From positions 372,001 through 436,000 of the forward strand of contig JAUFOR010000008.1 of the NCBI GenBank assembly GCA_040285745.1: a DNA stretch of 64,000 bases, read 5' to 3'. The translations under genes and the position numbers were made by a program. The stretch comes from Barthelona sp. PCE. Lineage: Eukaryota. Shown one piece after another: positions 19,923 to 30,294 of this stretch. Numbering within the stretch: position 1 is the stretch's first letter; each line of letters begins with the position of its first letter. Under the pieces are notes generated by a model. The model was not told where the DNA came from and made no database searches. It worked only from the letters and a program-made list of their open reading frames with translations.

Positions 19923-20840
19923 ATGAGGTTGTTCAGGACAAGCGTGAAGCGTGAATACAGGGCTAGAATGCTTAGTTTTGCATTTATCTACAGAATTTTT
20001 AGTATATTCCTTCTTTTCTTCCTTCCTTTGCTTTTCTCATTGCAAACGAACGAATTCTTCAACAACACGACGACGCGGTTCATTACTCCCGACTATGAAT
20101 TTGCTTCAAAGTATTTTTTCAGTTTCTCGGGTGCATCAACTAGTTTCATTTACACAAATATTCCAGACGTCGAAGCGCACTTTAGCGACAATCAGTTAAG
20201 AACAGGAAGTTTCCAAATCGTACCAGATGGAAATTGCACAAATCTTGCTGTGAATGTACCATTGAAGACAGGAGAGAGCGTCGATTCTATGACAGGTTTG
20301 CTGTTTTTCACCACAAAGATATCCGATAGCGCCAGGATTGAAACAGAGAACGTTGTTTTAATTCAAACTGATGGAAACCCTTCTTTTTCAACTGGTTACA
20401 CACATCTTGATACAATTGGACGTGTATCTATCCATCAACGTGTCGTCCTTCCAGTAAGAAAACTCTTGGAGGAGAAGGAATCATTATTAACAACCACTAT
20501 ATTGGATGATCATGGTGCTAATTTTGTTAAGGAAGTTGTATTCCAGTACATGTCAAAGCGTTCTGTGAACATCAAATACACACCAGTTCTGGACGAGTGG
20601 AGCATGGGGAGCAGCGATAGCATGGATTTGAATGCTAGATTGTTCCACGATGGAGAAACCCTCTATGTTGAGCGGAGTCTTTTTGAGACACTTACCTTTT
20701 CTTTTATCATCTATCTTGCTTATTTCCTTGTTGTTTATTGGTTTGAGCGTAAGATAAGCACATTTGTTTTTTCTAGTGAATTGGTGTATGCAGTGAGTGA
20801 TTTAACAGATTGTAAGTTAACAAAACCTAAAATGAATTAA
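19923..20840 (+). CDS. TMEM231: Ciliary transition-zone protein TMEM231
   Basis: N-terminal LF...VKREYRA + TM ending PLL, large loop, and a second TM in FETL.FSFI.YLAY. Confidence 0.75.
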   Translation: MRLFRTSVKREYRARMLSFAFIYRIFSIFLLFFLPLLFSLQTNEFFNNTTTRFITPDYEFASKYFFSFSGASTSFIYTNIPDVEAHFSDNQLRTGSFQIVPDGNCTNLAVNVPLKTGESVDSMTGLLFFTTKISDSARIETENVVLIQTDGNPSFSTGYTHLDTIGRVSIHQRVVLPVRKLLEEKESLLTTTILDDHGANFVKEVVFQYMSKRSVNIKYTPVLDEWSMGSSDSMDLNARLFHDGETLYVERSLFETLTFSFIIYLAYFLVVYWFERKISTFVFSSELVYAVSDLTDCKLTKPKMN

Positions 20841-20853
20841 ATAATTGGGTTTA

Positions 20854-22566
20854 CTATATCGCTGTAAGGCGGAAAAGAATAAATAGAATGAAACAAAAGT
20901 AAAGAAACAATGTTCCATATGCAATGTTCCATTTGCTCGACGGTTCCATCAGTTTCTCGTTTTTAATTGTGTAACTCTCAATATTTTTCTTCTGGGGGCA
21001 CATTGAACTAACAATCAAAGTCACAACACTGGTGAATACAAAACCAGTCACGTTCCACCATGCCCAGTCCATCTTGAGGAAACTGAAAAAATCTACAAAC
21101 ATAGGTAACAGAGCAATACAGCAGTTCAAAATTGTACCTATTGTAATGCCCCAAATGACACCAGTGGCCTCAACGAACTGGAACAGAATACCAAGCAGGA
21201 AGGGGCTCAAAACGATACCATAAAAAACTGAACCAACTGCGTTAACACCCTCTACAACCGTCTGAGCGGAATGTTGGAATAAAAGCGCGAAGCAACAAAT
21301 AATAATACCCCAAGTTAGTGTACAGAGTCTTGATAGTAAAAGGTTTCGTTTTCCTTTCCTGGCAGATTCATCAGATTCGCCAATTTCGTGATCATTGAGT
21401 TTATCATCAGAAGCGGCATTCAGTGGTTGTGTAATATCGTTATCATTAATTTCTGCTTCTATTTTGGCAGTTTCATCTTGAATACCAAAGAAGTCAGTCA
21501 TAGTACAAGCAGAAACAGCCTGGAGAGCAGCATCAAGACTTGTCAGAGAAGCAGCAACCATACCTGCAAGAATAATTCCACGTTGGCCGGTTGCAATGAA
21601 ATTATTTATGAAAATGGGAACAATACCATCTTGCATATCTGAATTATCAACTAAATCTTTGAATTTTTCATTGGTTACATAGACACCATACATTATAACA
21701 CCCAAAAAGCAATAACCAGCCGTCATAATAAAGCGCACAAAACCATTGATGAAAAGAGATTTTCTTGAATCGCTGGTTGACTTCGATGAAAGCATACGCT
21801 GGGTCTGTGACTGGTCACAAGTGTAATATGAAATATACAGAATGAAACAACCAAAAAGCATTGACCAAAAATGGAATCCATCTGATGTACCGAAACCACT
21901 ACCAAAATCCAAAGCGTGTAGTTTTTCTTTAGGGAACTCCTTAAATGTGCCGCTTAAACCACCAGGTGTCATGCTAACACCATGGACACCGCAAATTACA
22001 ACACCAGCAATAAGAACAATCATCTGGAGAGTATCTGATTTAACTAAGAACGCCATACCGCCAATGAGATCAAGCGTAATGGTGCTGCATCCGAGGATAA
22101 TGATGCTCACAGGGATAGAAAATTCAGTGATAATGGAAATAACTTCTGCAGCCGCATATGTTCCACAGCCAGTAGCGACAGATCTACTTATCAAGAAAAT
22201 CCCTGACATTAGAAGCTTTGCTTTGGCAGAAAAACGAACCTCAATGTAGGAATAAATGCTTGTAACGTTTAGATTTCTAAAAACTGGAATAAGAAGCCAG
22301 CAACCAACTATTACAGATAGTGGTAGTGCCATTTCGTACATTAACCATGCAATAGAGTGTTTCTTAACATATGAAGGAATTCCAAGTATTGAATTAACCG
22401 ATGTCTGCGTCGCTAGTATGCTTATGCTGATAAATAAGAAAGAAATTTTTCTTGAGCCCACGTAATAGTCTGCTGCGTTCTTTTGGCGCCGTCCAACAAT
22501 AAATGCAGCTATTCCCAGGGCAAATAAATACCCAAAAAATATAATTTTGTCAATTAAGTTTAACAT
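20854..22566 (-). CDS. Sodium:solute symporter (SSS/SLC5)
   Basis: DYYVGSR, SILATQTS, SIYSYIEVRF, GGM...V.SDTLQ, DQSQTQRML, AASLTSLD; many TM helices. ATG at 22566. Confidence 0.92.
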   Translation of the reverse strand: MLNLIDKIIFFGYLFALGIAAFIVGRRQKNAADYYVGSRKISFLFISISILATQTSVNSILGIPSYVKKHSIAWLMYEMALPLSVIVGCWLLIPVFRNLNVTSIYSYIEVRFSAKAKLLMSGIFLISRSVATGCGTYAAAEVISIITEFSIPVSIIILGCSTITLDLIGGMAFLVKSDTLQMIVLIAGVVICGVHGVSMTPGGLSGTFKEFPKEKLHALDFGSGFGTSDGFHFWSMLFGCFILYISYYTCDQSQTQRMLSSKSTSDSRKSLFINGFVRFIMTAGYCFLGVIMYGVYVTNEKFKDLVDNSDMQDGIVPIFINNFIATGQRGIILAGMVAASLTSLDAALQAVSACTMTDFFGIQDETAKIEAEINDNDITQPLNAASDDKLNDHEIGESDESARKGKRNLLLSRLCTLTWGIIICCFALLFQHSAQTVVEGVNAVGSVFYGIVLSPFLLGILFQFVEATGVIWGITIGTILNCCIALLPMFVDFFSFLKMDWAWWNVTGFVFTSVVTLIVSSMCPQKKNIESYTIKNEKLMEPSSKWNIAYGTLFLYFCFILFILFRLTAI

Positions 22567-22724
22567 ATGGAACAAAAAAGCTTATTTACGTTATTTTTTA
22601 AATAGTTCCTAAAGTTTATGGTTTACCAGCATTAAATATCGAATTTACCCCATGACAACCATTGGTTAAGGGTTAATCAGGTGCATTTAATTTTTCTCTC
22701 TCATTCATCGTTTAAACTTAAAGA

Positions 22725-23219
22725 ATGTCAAATCCAGAGCAAAAAAAGGCACCAGCACAGCCAGCTATTGTGGATTACGTAGCGCAAGGATCGATTATGA
22801 AGTCGTTAATTGAAGCTGAGGACAAAATCTACAAAGACACACATTTGAGAGAATTTAAACCTTCTAAGCAGCAGACTTCATTTGTATCTCAAAAACCTAC
22901 AAACACATTTCCCAAGTTCCTTACATACGACGATAACCAAGATTTAAAAATCGAGGATCCAGAGTTGTTTGAGAAAACTGCTCCGCAGGAAAAGTTTGAA
23001 GGTCCAGCTACACTCGCTCAGGAGATTGGTTGGTTTAAAGCACAACCTTTAAGCAACAAATTATTTGATTACAAATACAGACAGTCTGATGAGAGTCGTC
23101 ATCATGCTAATCTTTGTAGTTCTGGTTGGAGCAAGCGTTCCAACCTTGCTGCAGAGTTGGCAGCCAAACAGAAGCAGATCAATGCCGGTCAACCTCCCAA
23201 GTCAGCACCTACACGTTAA
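22725..23219 (+). CDS. FAM183/CFAP144-like axonemal protein
   Basis: Signature PQEKF..P.T.AQEIGW. Confidence 0.75.
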   Translation: MSNPEQKKAPAQPAIVDYVAQGSIMKSLIEAEDKIYKDTHLREFKPSKQQTSFVSQKPTNTFPKFLTYDDNQDLKIEDPELFEKTAPQEKFEGPATLAQEIGWFKAQPLSNKLFDYKYRQSDESRHHANLCSSGWSKRSNLAAELAAKQKQINAGQPPKSAPTR

Positions 23220-23597
23220 CCGTGTTGTGTAACATGTACAATGATCATAATACAACAGATACATAGTTTAATAAAGCCAGTTATTTCATAATACACAATG
23301 ATTAAACTTTTGGAAACATAACAGAAATTGTACTTGTGCCTTCACTGATGAACTTGTGTTGTGCCTTTGTTTGTGTTTCTAATGATAAATATCCATATAC
23401 ATCGTTATAAGATGATTTGAACCAAAATATTAATTTCTTTCTCATTCAGATATTCAATTCAGTCAACAACATTTAAAGCATCATGTAAATGCCACCTGCA
23501 TCATACAATATATCAAATACTCAAATATCAAGTGTTTGCTCCTTTTCTTCCTCTTTCTTTGTATTTTGAACTCAAAAGTTCACAAACACACCAAAAA

Positions 23598-24593
23598 ATG
23601 TCCAAGAATGGTAAGCGGCCACAGATATTTGTTCCATTGAACTACCGTTCATCAAAGCCTACATTTACTCACAATCCAGTCTTCCTGGAGAGTTTTGTAT
23701 CAGCCAACTACATTGCAAGTCTTAAGCCCGAGACGCTGGAGACAAGAGAAGAAGTCATTCCAGACATTTTGTTTGATGCTGGACTGAATTTTTCGGCTAT
23801 ACATCCCGCAAGCTTTCAAAAGGATGACAAGATTGATCTCCACGCAGATGACAGCTTCCTTTGTAATCCAGATGAATCTCACGAATTGTCATTGTCATAT
23901 CTCCAATCATTGCAAGATGCTGCTGTTTCAAAGACAACAGAGATGATGGTCCCCGTAGCCTCTTCTGCTCCCACGGCGCTGTCCAGTGCTTTCAAACCAA
24001 TAGTGAACAAGAAGATACTGACATCTTTTGATTTACAGTCTAGATTTATTCAGGATCAATTCAAAACCGTCACAGATGGTTCTTTTGTTCACCCGTTGAA
24101 GCCAGAGCTCGAAGTTGTCAGTGTAGAAGAGGTCAGGTTGCATGATGATTGGAGAAACTTTGAAGGTTTCGAAATTGCTCAGTTGAATCGTAAGCTAGAT
24201 GACTTAACTTTAGTAGCTCCTGTTGATCACATCCCTGTGTTCGATAACGAGCGTTTCGATCACGTCCTGTTGGATGTAGATAAGCATGAGGACGATAAGG
24301 TTGTTATTCATGAAGGTAATTTGAGATATCACGGAAAAGCAACAGTTAAGAAGCATATATTAGATGATCTGAATATGATTCTTCTGAAAAAAGACGGTGT
24401 TTATGAGCTGTTACCTGAGATTCAATCTACAAAATATGAATTCGTCAGAAGTAATCACATAATCACTGCAACTGTTAATCGATTTATTGGTAATCCGGCT
24501 GGAGAACAGGAGGAGATGGTTGCTATCCCTAGCATTGAAGAGCAGGTTAATACAAACGTTCTTCTTGAAGAATCTGATGAAGAGGATGAATAA
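23598..24593 (+). CDS. PAF1: RNA polymerase II-associated factor Paf1 (divergent)
   Basis: LNY.S..P....NP.F, DAGL, LHADD..L and F..V.....HP.KP.L..V.V motifs in Paf1 order; acidic tail. Confidence 0.65.
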   Translation: MSKNGKRPQIFVPLNYRSSKPTFTHNPVFLESFVSANYIASLKPETLETREEVIPDILFDAGLNFSAIHPASFQKDDKIDLHADDSFLCNPDESHELSLSYLQSLQDAAVSKTTEMMVPVASSAPTALSSAFKPIVNKKILTSFDLQSRFIQDQFKTVTDGSFVHPLKPELEVVSVEEVRLHDDWRNFEGFEIAQLNRKLDDLTLVAPVDHIPVFDNERFDHVLLDVDKHEDDKVVIHEGNLRYHGKATVKKHILDDLNMILLKKDGVYELLPEIQSTKYEFVRSNHIITATVNRFIGNPAGEQEEMVAIPSIEEQVNTNVLLEESDEEDE

Positions 24594-24632
24594 TAGTAAT
24601 AAACTACAAACTACTAATGAAGTAAGTGCAAT

Positions 24633-26516
24633 TTATTCGTTATCATCATCGTTGTCCTTCACAGGCGATAGAATAGACATGGCCTTCCTGGCAGGTTCAT
24701 GTTTTCCATCATAGAATACTGAAGGGTCAGCTTCATCATTCTCTTTTTGTCCAAATGAAAAAATTCTGGGATACTGCTCATTTTCAACAAAATTCATATT
24801 TGTTTTTTTTTCCAAATGATCAAACACCATTGTAATTGGCTCAGTGTTCACTTCAGGAGCAACAGTCTTATCTGCAAACTTCTCAAAGCGTTCATCTGGT
24901 GAAAATGGCAAATCTTCTTTTGACATGTTCTGAACATTTTGTGGGGATATCACACTGTCAAGCACCTTTTGAAGATGAGCTTGTGAGTGTTTGGATGGAA
25001 TCGGTGTTAGCTTCTTGTTGTTCGTGGTTACCGTTTGTTCAACCTTGATGGTATCAAAAACAACAGTAGTTCCGTTGCCAGAGACACTAGGAGAGGCCAC
25101 ACCGTGGAAAGTCATCCGCTCACCCCCTTCGTTTGTGGACATAAAGATCCTTCGATCTTTGCGCAGCGAACGTGGCATTTCAGTGATTGGATCACATATT
25201 TCAGTAGCATTACGTTTTCTTGATGATATTTGCTTGTCTTGATTCAAAGCATAGTGTTTGTTGAGTGTGACAAGTTTATCTATCCTTGCTTCAAGAATCT
25301 CAATATTTTCCTTATCCTTTTTCGCAGCCATATCACGATCGTGTAAATCTTGTCTCAATTTAACAATTGTCTTTTGCAGTCCCTCAATTTGGTTATGTAG
25401 ATCGTTGACGATCTCATGATTTACCATTTCCTCAAGTTTGGCTTCAGTTGTACTAATACGTTGTTGCAATGTACGATTTTCGGACATCAATGTTCGCATA
25501 GCACCTTGTATCTGCCTTTCATTCTGTGCGTTCGGTAGCACACGGCTGGGGATACTCTGGATATGTTGAAGACCCTCACTGAGGCTTGAATTACGAATTG
25601 TATTAGCTGTTAATGATAAATTTTCCTCATCACCTCGACCACATCCAAATACATAAAAATCAAGCGTCTGTAGTGTCTTTTGCATCGTTTCAGAGAAAAA
25701 GTGGGTTAATACTGTATCTCTGCAAATAACAGGCTTGGAATTTTGAAAATTCTCTTTCATATTCCGAAGCATCCTGAAAAAAAAGAGTGTATCAGTGTTG
25801 ATCTTGATACCCTCCTCCAGGGATGACCCGCTAGTCTTTGAAACCAAATGACGCTCATTACCTGCAAGATCTAGGAACATTGCGAATTTTTCACCTTCTT
25901 CAAATGTATCAAGAGATGGAAGTTCTTCTTCATCATCCAAGTCTGGGCGTGTTCTAGCCATGATAATGAGATGTGACCGACTAGATTGAGCATTAGCAGC
26001 AGTCTTTGAAGTTCTTCGATGTCGAAGGATTTGATTCAGTAAACCACCAATCATTGTTGTCAATTCCTCATCGTTTACGCCAGGTGGGCGGCGGATTGCC
26101 GTCGTGCTGGGTGTATTGCTAGTCATCTTTGAATGCTTACGGGGTTTTAGCAAATCATGCTTGTTTGTTTTATAAATTTCGATAACACTAAGGTCGATAC
26201 AGACATCATCCTTAAGTAATTCATTGATGAGATATGTTTGCAACACTCCCCCACGGTAAGCATTCTTCTTATGCTTTTCTCCAAGCAGTAAATGTGTTTT
26301 TCCCGAAGATGTTGCACCTACTGCTATAAAGCAGAAACTCTTGTTATCACCCAATGCAGGAGCAATTGTGTCGCTGATTCCAACTGGATCATCAACAAAG
26401 ACCTTGTCAAACCCAAAATCGAGAACATCCTTGGAAGGAATGGAAATGCTGTTGTTTTCAAGCTCTATAAGGTCGCACAAGTCCTCTCTAAACTTGAAAA
26501 AAGTCTTTGTGGTCAT
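24633..26516 (-). CDS. Divergent N-terminal-motor kinesin with coiled coil
   Basis: FGFDKVF, P-loop GATSSGKT, switch I NAQSSRSH, switch II FLDLAGNER, IN, RD..LT. Confidence 0.9.
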   Translation of the reverse strand: MTTKTFFKFREDLCDLIELENNSISIPSKDVLDFGFDKVFVDDPVGISDTIAPALGDNKSFCFIAVGATSSGKTHLLLGEKHKKNAYRGGVLQTYLINELLKDDVCIDLSVIEIYKTNKHDLLKPRKHSKMTSNTPSTTAIRRPPGVNDEELTTMIGGLLNQILRHRRTSKTAANAQSSRSHLIIMARTRPDLDDEEELPSLDTFEEGEKFAMFLDLAGNERHLVSKTSGSSLEEGIKINTDTLFFFRMLRNMKENFQNSKPVICRDTVLTHFFSETMQKTLQTLDFYVFGCGRGDEENLSLTANTIRNSSLSEGLQHIQSIPSRVLPNAQNERQIQGAMRTLMSENRTLQQRISTTEAKLEEMVNHEIVNDLHNQIEGLQKTIVKLRQDLHDRDMAAKKDKENIEILEARIDKLVTLNKHYALNQDKQISSRKRNATEICDPITEMPRSLRKDRRIFMSTNEGGERMTFHGVASPSVSGNGTTVVFDTIKVEQTVTTNNKKLTPIPSKHSQAHLQKVLDSVISPQNVQNMSKEDLPFSPDERFEKFADKTVAPEVNTEPITMVFDHLEKKTNMNFVENEQYPRIFSFGQKENDEADPSVFYDGKHEPARKAMSILSPVKDNDDDNE

Positions 26517-26711
26517 TTAAATAGTGCCACTAAGTAAAGATGAAATGAAAGGATAAAAAAACAAGAATACGTGGATCAAACAGTTTCACACCCAACGATG
26601 GTTGCTCAAAACTATGTAAATCGAGCATCTAGGTGCTAGATAGTCACTGCGCGCGTTGTTTTATCACATTCTATCTTTTTCAACACTTGAAGTTTTGTTT
26701 TCTTCGATTTT

Positions 26712-29700
26712 ATGTCATCGGGACACCAGAAAAAGCTTCGTCAGCGCATATTCAAGGCGAGAAAGCAGGTGTCAAAGGTTTTTGAGGATTTCGTTCAAAA
26801 TAATGACGGTCTCGTCGACAAATCATGCTTTTTAACGGGCGTAAAGACACTAGGCATAGATATCAACGATGCTGAAATTGGAAAACTTATCGATAACGCA
26901 AGCACAGGCGATGAAAATCGTAAACTTGTTGATTATTCACATTTTTTGGATAGTTTACAGGTAAAAGAGGTCGCAAAGCCCAAGAAACCGTCAAGGCTGA
27001 AACCATTCAGACCAGATGATGATTTTGTAGCGGGTAAAGTAAGTTACAAAGATTTACGTGTGGACAGACCTGTATTACAACATAATTTAACCAAGCTCGG
27101 CCTGCCATCTAATGAAATCGCAGACATCATGGGAAAAGTAACCTTTGAAGATGATGGTAAAGTATCTTTAAACGCAACGATGAAGAAGTACTTTGGTTAT
27201 ATTCCTTTAGGAGAAGAGTTTCAGCCCATTAGGTCAGGAGTCTGTGCCAAGGCCCGTCCAAAAGACACAGAGAACCTCTTGAACCCTGAGCCACTTGAAG
27301 TAACAGCACCACCACGTGAAGAACGTGAGACAATTATTGATGTGACAGTAGGTGCTAAACATGAGAAAGGAATCAAGCACGACATCTTTACGAAGTTAGA
27401 GGGTGACTTGGAAGGTATTTCTTCCACTTTTGAATCGGTAACAAGTGCACAAGATCTGAACAGGAAGTTGTCTGATTTAAATATTAATTACAATGAGGCT
27501 GAAGTTGCAGAACTGTTTCAGGCAGGTAGAACACAGAAGGGGTTCAACTCTAAGCGATTTGCCAACAAGATATTCGACATTACTAAACCGAAGAACGTTG
27601 CTCGCGTAAAACCAGTACGTGATTCAAAGTCATTTGTTTCTCATGCATTAGATGTTGAGAAGGACATGGCAAAGGCTGAGGAAGAGCACGTTCCTGTCAA
27701 ACATCCATCAAACCTCATCACAAAAGCAAATCTCATCGAATCACTGAAGGGAAAAATGCGCATGAATAAGAAACAAGAGAAGTATATTGTCAAGAGTTTT
27801 GATAAGTTCATTCAGCAAAGTGGATCAACAAAAGTACCTGTCAATGAGTTTTTAGATTACCTTTCGGCAAAACAAAAGAAGAGATCTGGTACACAGTCTA
27901 AAAACAATGTCATGGATCCTGACGTCATCAAAAAGAATGATATTCGTGCGCGTATTAGTGAGAAGTTCCAGCAAAAAGGTGATTTCAGAAAGGTTTTCAG
28001 GAATATGGATAACGAGCACATTGGAGCATTGTCTGTTGAAAAACTTGAGAAAGGTTTGTATGATATTGGTATGAGGTTGACACCAGATGAATTCCAACAC
28101 ATTTGTTCCATCGTGAACCCAAATAATTCGGGAACAATTGCATATGCTTCACTTTTGCATTATGTACAGCATAGTGGTCGGACATTAGATGGACCGGAGT
28201 TGGCTTCAAAGAGTGTTTATTCCACAGATTCAATTGAAACAAGAAAGATCAATATGATCAAGGACAGTGTTGCCAATCAGTTACGTCGTAAGTGTAGTTC
28301 AGCTACAGAGACGTTTCTGCGTATGTCTCGCGATTATAATGGTTATATTTCTTTCGATGAATTCCTTACAGGCCTCAAGACAATGGGTGTCCACGTCAGC
28401 GAAGACGATAAGATGCTACTCAAGGGCAATATCGGTAAGGAACGTGAAGACCGTATTACAGTCAGTGATCTCAGTTTGTTGTTGAATTCACCGGTAAAGG
28501 GAATCAGAAACCTTACTGATGACAACAGAGACACGATTAAGCTTGATAATGGTAAACGAATTTTGAACACAGCAGTTAGCGAGTCGCATATTATGGATTT
28601 TTTGAACGATTCACCAATCAAGCCTGTCGATTTAAGCAAACAGCACCCTGCTCACTATCATTTGTATGCAACAGCTGAGGAGGCTGATCTCCCTGGAGCA
28701 AGATATGTGGCGAAAAAGGGAATGCGCTCGAAGTTCCGTACAAGAAGCGTACCTCGGTTTGATCATCATATTGATACAGTTAATCCACTTAATATTGATG
28801 AAGGGTATGTTCCGAAGGAGTACCATAAGTTCAGCGCTGAAGAGGGCAAGCACATTAAGAAGGAGTTCTCAAAGCTCAGTCACGGCAATAAGGCATTCCT
28901 ACGTCATCAATTTAAGAAAATTGATAAAGATCGTGATGGGCACATCAGTGGAGCAGAGTTTACAAAGTTGATGGGTGATCTTGGTATCACACCACGTACT
29001 GTTAAGGACAGATATTTGTTCAGCGGAAGGAGACACGAGCGTGTTTCTGCAGCAAAGAAGATTGTAGGTGATGATAAAGTCACGAAAGATGGATATGTAG
29101 ATTACAACCGCTTCGTAGACTCTCTACCCGACACTGTAATTCCCAAAACCCCATCTGTCAGTGAGAAGTTCTTCCCCACAGAGGAGTTGAAGATTCCTGT
29201 TACCCCTCAATTACACATCGAGCAGCCGTGGCGTAGACAGCTTGTTTCAACATGTCCTCTTCCTGGCAACTCACCCTTGGCGAATCGAGTCGTGGATAAT
29301 GAGAAGGTGATAGCCTATATGAAGAAGCGCCGTAACAAGGTGAAAAGACGTTCGCTTTCAACCCAGAGAGATTATAATATAATTGCACCCGAGCCCATTA
29401 TTCAGAAAAAGCGCGCACAGTCAACATGTCAGGTTAAGGAGCTCTTGAGTTCAGACATCCATGTTGACCCAAAGCGCCTTAAACACTCGTTGAGAACGCA
29501 CAATATGAAGGGACAGAAAGCAGATCGTTGTAGGTCAGTACCAAACACCCGTACCCTCCGTAACCCGAAGGATGTAAGCAGAAGTGAGCAGAAATTAGCT
29601 AGAAAGGTTAACAGACAGACGGAGAATAACCCAAGAAGATTGCGAGATCAATTCCAGAAGCGGGACACAGACTCTACGGGATCCCTACCTCTGGATCAGT

Positions 29701-30260
29701 TTGCCCTTGCTATGCACTCTTCAAATGTACATTTGGATAACAAGGAAATGAGCACATTGTATAAGCAGCACCAGAAGGAGGGAAAGGTTGAGTACAATAA
29801 GTTCATTGATACAATGATTGAAACTAATGTTGTGCACCAAAATAAGCAGCCTGTAGTCAAGCGAGCAGAGAACTTGAACTTTACTGATTCTAGGTCTGTG
29901 CTTAACCTTGACAAATATAATAGAGAAGAGGTGAAGTTAGTTGAAAGTAGGAGAAGAATCACACCTAAGATATCAGAGGAGATCAGGAGGCCAGTTAAAC
30001 GCTCGTACAACAACCAGAATACACACGAAAAGATATTTTCGACAAAACATGAGAAGCCGAAGGGTAAAGCTGTTGGTGTATACAATCCTGATTATCAGCG
30101 ATCACAAAGCGTACCAGCACACACCACAAGACAGACTCCACGTAGGAGATACACGAACCAGCAGACTTATAATCCGCTGACCGAATCCAACACCCCAGCT
30201 CCACCATACACACCAATGAGGAGGCAATTCCATCACTCACATAGCCGAATATTTGGATAG
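26712..30260 (+). CDS. Large multi-EF-hand protein (EFCAB6-like architecture)
   Basis: EF-hands such as FKKIDKDRDGHISGAEF, FRNMDNEHIG, SRDYNGYISFDEF and FQKRDTDSTG; basic disordered tail. Confidence 0.85.
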   Translation: MSSGHQKKLRQRIFKARKQVSKVFEDFVQNNDGLVDKSCFLTGVKTLGIDINDAEIGKLIDNASTGDENRKLVDYSHFLDSLQVKEVAKPKKPSRLKPFRPDDDFVAGKVSYKDLRVDRPVLQHNLTKLGLPSNEIADIMGKVTFEDDGKVSLNATMKKYFGYIPLGEEFQPIRSGVCAKARPKDTENLLNPEPLEVTAPPREERETIIDVTVGAKHEKGIKHDIFTKLEGDLEGISSTFESVTSAQDLNRKLSDLNINYNEAEVAELFQAGRTQKGFNSKRFANKIFDITKPKNVARVKPVRDSKSFVSHALDVEKDMAKAEEEHVPVKHPSNLITKANLIESLKGKMRMNKKQEKYIVKSFDKFIQQSGSTKVPVNEFLDYLSAKQKKRSGTQSKNNVMDPDVIKKNDIRARISEKFQQKGDFRKVFRNMDNEHIGALSVEKLEKGLYDIGMRLTPDEFQHICSIVNPNNSGTIAYASLLHYVQHSGRTLDGPELASKSVYSTDSIETRKINMIKDSVANQLRRKCSSATETFLRMSRDYNGYISFDEFLTGLKTMGVHVSEDDKMLLKGNIGKEREDRITVSDLSLLLNSPVKGIRNLTDDNRDTIKLDNGKRILNTAVSESHIMDFLNDSPIKPVDLSKQHPAHYHLYATAEEADLPGARYVAKKGMRSKFRTRSVPRFDHHIDTVNPLNIDEGYVPKEYHKFSAEEGKHIKKEFSKLSHGNKAFLRHQFKKIDKDRDGHISGAEFTKLMGDLGITPRTVKDRYLFSGRRHERVSAAKKIVGDDKVTKDGYVDYNRFVDSLPDTVIPKTPSVSEKFFPTEELKIPVTPQLHIEQPWRRQLVSTCPLPGNSPLANRVVDNEKVIAYMKKRRNKVKRRSLSTQRDYNIIAPEPIIQKKRAQSTCQVKELLSSDIHVDPKRLKHSLRTHNMKGQKADRCRSVPNTRTLRNPKDVSRSEQKLARKVNRQTENNPRRLRDQFQKRDTDSTGSLPLDQFALAMHSSNVHLDNKEMSTLYKQHQKEGKVEYNKFIDTMIETNVVHQNKQPVVKRAENLNFTDSRSVLNLDKYNREEVKLVESRRRITPKISEEIRRPVKRSYNNQNTHEKIFSTKHEKPKGKAVGVYNPDYQRSQSVPAHTTRQTPRRRYTNQQTYNPLTESNTPAPPYTPMRRQFHHSHSRIFG

Positions 30261-30294
30261 AGTAAACATTTACATTTTTCTTCTCTGTTGTTGA

